From assembly GCA_965287045.1 (NCBI GenBank), contig OZ336884.1:18600001-18664000 (forward strand): a stretch of 64,000 nt of DNA, read 5' to 3'. A model generated the notes under the pieces. It ran no database searches, was not told the DNA's origin, and was given only the letters and a program-made list of their open reading frames with translations. This DNA is from Carcharhinus amblyrhynchos. Lineage: Eukaryota. Shown here piece after piece: positions 58,676 through 64,000 of this stretch (its first letter is position 1; each line of letters begins with the position of its first letter). The position numbers and the translations under genes were made by a program.

Positions 58676-59748
58676 ATTGATGAAAGGATATGTTTTATAG
58701 GCATTATTAATGTGTACACAGGGCAAATATATTCAGCATTGATATTTTCTTTCCCAGATTTATCATGATGGGGTGGATACTGAGCTTGGTGTAAAGTGAT
58801 TTTTCCAATTCCAGTGTATGACTGAGGTAGCCTGATGTGTATTCATAAAGAGACCAGCAAAGTGAAGACACCAGCAAAGCCTGATGGTTAAAAGGACTCA
58901 GAGAACCATGAGAGCAGCAAAGAACAGGATGTGCAGCTATGGAATAAGCATGAGAATTGATTGGACAATGGCTGTTGCCATGAAACAACCTGTGATTGGA
59001 GGAAAAGCGTGCAGGTAGAAGGTTCATGGTGGCCGGCGGCAAGATGCACCCGAGAACTGATGTGGCATCGATGCTGAGTAAGACCCAAGTACCAGAAAGG
59101 TGATGGTGAGCGAGCCCTGAGATCAGCAATGGTGGTGGCAACTGAGGCCTGAGAACCAGGTGGGGACGGCAATGGTGAGTGTGGCCTGAGGACTGGAGTA
59201 GTGGCTACGAGTGACATCCAAGGATGACCAACCATCCCATGCTGGGGGAAGATGCACTCAATGTTCAGGTTCGGTGGCAGGTGGTAAGCCTGAGTCAGCG
59301 ATGGGTGTTCCTGAATGCACATTCTACTGTATGGGTTTAGGATAGGATACAAGTGAGAACAGCAAGATTAAAAGTGCCAGAACTGACTGGTGTCAAATCA
59401 GTGTTACTGATGTCCCTATCTGTGTATTTCTGACATGTGCTCTCAAAGCCTGCATTAATGTGCTCACCAAAACGAGTGCCTGGGTGTGTGCTGTATCAGA
59501 TGTATCTATGCTTGGCCCAGATGCTTTTTTGATCCCTACCATCAAGTCAAATGTAGCCACAATAGAGTTGAATTTCCTGGGCATTCACTTCTGTTTGTAA
59601 TGTCACCCCATACTGACATGTAGAATAATATCCTCTGAATTATCTGACTAATTTTCTGGTAAATTTGAAGTCTGCCCAAAGATGAAATTGATTTCAAGTA
59701 CATGTATCTAATTCAACGGCTTGGTTCCAAATTATTTTGAGAGATATT

Positions 59749-60058
59749 TGAAGTTTAAGTTTATTTATTCATGTCAACATGTAGGCTTACACTGACACTG
59801 TAATGAAGTTACTGTGAAAGTCCCTTAGTCGCTACACTCCAGCGCAGGTTCGGGTACGCTGAGGGAGAGTTTAGCATGGACAATGCACCTAACCAACAAA
59901 TCATTTGGACTATGGGAGGAATCCGGAGCACCCGGAGGAAACCCACACTGACACGGGGAGAATATGCAGACTCCATAGACAGTGACTCAAGCCAGGAATT
60001 GAACCCAGGTCCCTGGTGCTGTGAAGCAGCAAGTGACACCCACTGTGCCACTATGGCA
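59749..60058 (-). mobile_element. V-SINE type B
   Basis: Full-length reverse copy. Confidence 0.85.
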
Positions 60059-61118
60059 TAGACATCCCAAAGTCTTTTCAAATTGATGGAATTTGAAGTG
60101 TAACCACTGTTACTATGTATAGGATTAAAAGGAGCAAAATAGTTTTCAAATGTTGTAATGTGATGCAAGAAAAGGAAGACTGAGATATTCTCTTTACATA
60201 CAATTTATTATATAATGGTTTTATGAATGACAATGTCATCAGAGTACAGCCCTGCAGTGCACATTGTTACTGAGGTATTGCAGATCAAGAGAATGATGTG
60301 TTTCAGACTCATTCACTGGAGTTATCCATACATGAGTTAATGTTACAGATCGTTATTCCACTATGGGCAATCAGACCTTGGTAGCCCATTTCTCAGCCGA
60401 TGCTACAATTTACACTAAGAATAACTCAAAACTTATAACATATTTTACAACTGCACCAACTTGTGGACTTCTAGAACATTCTGAGTGTTTTGGTTTCTGA
60501 TGGGAAAATCTGCTTTGCTTCTGCATTTCCATCGCCTCCAAAGGTTGAAAAAAAAATAACGACTTTATCTTCAGGCTTCTCATTCGGCAGTGTTTTCTGT
60601 TAATGGATTTCCATTTGCACAGGTTTGAACTTATTTAGGGTGCAGAATAGTTTTGGTATTTTCAAAACTAGAAACGGTGAAAAAGGTGACCCAGGTCATT
60701 TTTAACATATTAAAAAAGTCTGTAGAAAAAAGCACAAATGAACTGCAGGCTAGCAGACGTATTACAGTTAGACGACGGAGCTGAAATTAATAGGCAATGG
60801 TTATTTTCAATATCTAGATAATGTAGCAAATTGTTTATTAAAGTTAATAAAGTGCCAGAATAGTTCTAATAATTTTACATTGAATTTTAATGGAATGCAC
60901 ACACCCAACTTCTTGCTAAAACTACTGAGAGGGAGGTTTGCCATCACAGCTACAATTTTGGGAGATTGCTCCCATCAGATAAAATATGGATAATGTTTCT
61001 GATCCTGAATTCCCAGCAAGAAAGTTCAGTCCACGGGGCAGAAAGCCTGTGCTTTTGTGATGGATTCTTTCTCCCAATGTGTTATTGGCTAATCTGTGTT
61101 CTTGGCATTGCCTGTTTT

Positions 61119-61429
61119 AGAATCACAGAATCACTACAGTGCAGAAGGAGACCGTTCGGCCCATTCAGTCTGCACCAACCACAATCCCATCCAGGTCCTA
61201 TCCCCAAAACCCCATGCATCTACCCTAGCTAGTCCCCCAGACACTAATGGACAATTCAGCATGGCCAATCCCCCCAACCTGCACACCTTTGGACTGTGGG
61301 AGGAAACCGGAGCACCTGGAGGAAACCCACGCAGTCATGGGGAGAACTCTGCAGTGACAGTGGCCCAAGCCATGAATCGAACCTGGGTCTCTGGTGCTGT
61401 GAGGCAGCAGTGCTAACCGCTGTGCCATG
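61119..61429 (-). mobile_element. V-SINE type A
   Basis: Full-length reverse copy. Confidence 0.85.
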
Positions 61430-61459
61430 TTTGTTTTCTGTTGCTTTTGGGGGTATTGT

Positions 61460-61930
61460 CAGCAGTGGTTCAGTTGGTAGCACACTTACCTTTGAATCTG
61501 ATGGTTTGGGTTCAAGTCCCCACTTCAGGACTTGAACATAAAAGTCATGGTTGACTCCAGTGCAGTACGGGGGAAGTACTGCATTATTGAAAGTGGTGCT
61601 TTTTTTTCAGATGAGACACTATACTGCCACCTCATCGGCCTTCTTAGATGGATGCAAAACATCCCATGCCACTATTCTGAAGAAAAGCAGGGAAACTACC
61701 TCCCCCAGTGTCCTGGCTAATATCTATTCTTCAGTCAACATTATATAAAAAAACAGATTATCTTGTCATTATCATATTGCTGTTAATGGGAGTTTGTTGG
61801 GTACAAGTGACAAGCCACAGTCCCTACATTACAACAGTGACAACTCTTCTAAAGTATTTCATTGACAGAAAAGCTTTGGAATGTGCAGTGGTCATGAAAG
61901 GCACTATAGAAATGAAACTCTTCCTTTCTT
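61460..61930 (+). mobile_element. DeuSINE (SacSINE1/AmnSINE1-like)
   Basis: tRNA head (ggttcaagtcccca); Deu-domain tttcagatgagac..atcccatgccactatt..gaagaaaagcaggg..gtgtcctggctaatat; tail gaaaggcactatagaaatg. Confidence 0.75.
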
Positions 61931-63711
61931 CTCATTGGACTTACTTTGTTGTCAGCATTTAATGTTTCATTTCTTTACAGACAATTTTTGTTCTGAGCAA
62001 TGGGCAGTTATAGATTCTGCCCATTTTTCTTTTTTGTTATTGAGTATAACATCCTCAAGGTGAAATCTTTGTGATGTTGAAGTATGCAAAAAGCAGCCAC
62101 TAACTGAAATACATGATACCCAGTGTCCTATGATCTTATAAATACCTCAAATGGAGCCAGCAAGACAGCTTAAGAATTGAGACATGGTGATATGTCACTG
62201 ACAGAAAAATGGACACAAGTCATGTTTGCACAAGGACGACATTTCAAACTATAGTGTGAAAAATACAGCTTTTCAAACAAAATGTGGGTGAGACGATGAA
62301 TTTGTTGTTCTGTTGCTTCTGAGATAGAACTTTTGGAATTTTCTGGACATTTTCACTGACAGGATCTTCTGGCTGCGAACCTGCGTCACGGGTTTCCTGG
62401 TGGCAGGGGATGCACAGAACGGGCATCAAAAAATCTTGCGCCGGCCAGTAGCGGGCCACCTCCGATGGCGTGAACTTGCTACGGGGTTTCAAATTCAGCT
62501 AGCGTTGATAGAATAAAAATCTCCTTTAACTGTTAGTGTTAAGAGAGCTACATGTAATAGGTTTTGGTAAATTCAATCCAATTCCAGCAACAATGCACCC
62601 ACAGCGGAAAATTGGTTTCCACTTGGCATGGAAATGACAACCTCACTTAACCTAGCCATGGTGTGGGAATTGGAAATATCACACAGATCCAGAGAGGAAA
62701 TGTTCTTTTTCTGACCTGGGAATGCTTGATGTCAATACTGGGGTGCCTGTGGTAACAATGCTCAGCTTAAAATCTAATCAAAACAGTCTTGAAATGTCAC
62801 AATGACTCACTCTTTCTTATCTCCCTTTCGTATTTAAGTTTAATGGATAGTCGTGTTCCATTCCCAAATTAATATATCAAGCAGATGCCACTGCTGTTGC
62901 CAACTCTTTAGCTTGCTATCAACCTTTTGGAGCCAGTCCCTCCTGTACCACAATCTAGCTGATGTCTAAGAAATGGGACATTACCTTTAACTATCGCCAA
63001 GAATTTTATGGGAATAATTGCGTGTTCTTTTCTGACTGTTGAATGGTAGGAAATGTAAATGAACTGGATTACAACAACATCTATGCTTGATTCTTTGGAT
63101 TTAAAACAAAATCTCATTAGCTCCTGCCCTAAAATAGCGGAATCAGGAAATATGCTAACCAACTGTATTATATAGATAAGAAAACCATACCCAGATCTAG
63201 CTAGTTAAAAACAGGATTTCTGATTCCAGTTAAAGCGCTACTATTTTGCCATTTCCTATTAAGAATGACAGAGGTTATAAAAAAGGAAATGGTCAGCACA
63301 CTCAGGATAGCGATTCCAGAAACTAATGAAGTTGTCACAGAGTTGAAATGAAAGGTAGTTTTTCCTATGTTGCCTGCAGGGAAAACATAAAAAAGGTCAG
63401 AGATTTACTAATTGCAAAATGTTTGTTTATCTAACAGTAAATTATCTTGTGTTGTTTTGAATAATATCCCACTTCAACATTAGCAATCTGATTTTGAGGC
63501 TGAAGTGATTCTTTTATTTATCTAAGTCTATAGAGATCTGATTCAAGCATCTCTTAAAGCGGATAATGTTTTGAGTATTTGCTAACTTCACGCACCCTTG
63601 GTACCTATTAAGAAAAATTAGGCAATTGTTAAACACAACATTAACTTGTCCAGATTCTTCTCTCCTGATGATTTGTAGGTGAATGTTGGTGGGCAGGGGC
63701 AGGAAAACATA

Positions 63712-64000
63712 GGGCTGGATTTTATGAGGCATAAAGACCCCAGCTAGGAAGTCAGCGGGGAGCCCACAGGAAAAATGGCAGTCCTTTTAATGAGCAATTG
63801 GCCAAGAGAGGTGGGATCTCCACCCTTCAGGAACAGGAAGTCCCATCTCAGAGAGCTGCCAGCCAATCAGGTGGCCTGTAGCTTTGTGCTCCCAAGATGG
63901 TAGCTGCTATTGGGACTCCATGCAATGGAAATGGACAGCAAGGTAAGTTGGGGGGGCGGGGGGGTGAGATTTTGCTGGGGTCAGGGTGGTCAGAAGATAG
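63712..64000. mobile_element. GC-rich Harbinger-like element running off the window end
   Basis: Begins gggctggattttt, like the other MITE termini. Confidence 0.45.

Noticed and set aside
324-61530. tRNA genes at the A/B-box motifs
   Set aside because: All but the relic at 29694 run on into SINE bodies, and none forms an intact cloverleaf.
62244-62510. CpG-rich patch and 82-aa ORF as an exon or promoter
   Set aside because: It resembles the GC-rich MITE family and gives no recognisable protein in the frames read.
60180-63700. 3'UTR of a neighbouring minus-strand gene (AATAAA near 60204-60209)
   Set aside because: Only composition suggests it; no linked coding exon is visible in the window.
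1-64000. The many 60-150 aa ORFs in the track (e.g. repeated VAQWLALLPHS / GFLPQSKDV peptides)
   Set aside because: They are translations of SINE/LINE copies or chance ORFs; recurring peptides reflect repeated DNA, not a gene family.
1-64000. Prokaryote-style systems (CRISPR arrays, operons, retrons) near the RT ORF
   Set aside because: The sequence is a vertebrate locus, the RT is an ordinary CR1 ORF2, and I saw no repeat-spacer array.

Overview
Eukaryotic, repeat-dense vertebrate DNA. The repeat set (HE1-type V-SINEs, a DeuSINE/SacSINE1-like copy, CR1, Rex/Babar and Penelope elements) points to a shark or other cartilaginous fish (inference). I can support one protein-coding gene. It is a complete, intact minus-strand gene with 10 coding exons (ATG 32766 to TAG 5307; 1224 nt, 407 aa) encoding a ZPLD1/cupulin-like ZP-domain protein: signal peptide, ZP-N/ZP-C, RRKR furin site, C-terminal TM helix. 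All introns are GT-AG with matching phases, including a 24-nt microexon. The ORF track shows only fragments of it. The rest is transposable-element debris: about 20 V-SINEs with two alternative 3' tails, a second SINE family found only on the minus strand, a young near-intact CR1 (50.1-53.4 kb), Rex/Babar, RTE, Copia and Gypsy relics, a solo LTR with a TSD, and Harbinger-like MITEs. Best second-look items: minimal hammerhead ribozyme motifs in Penelope termini, an apparent SINE tail swap from CR1 to Rex/Babar, and several short local duplications that look templated. I found no convincing new multi-gene system. Exon and ribozyme coordinates were counted to the base; repeat boundaries are approximate and family names come from recall, not database searches.
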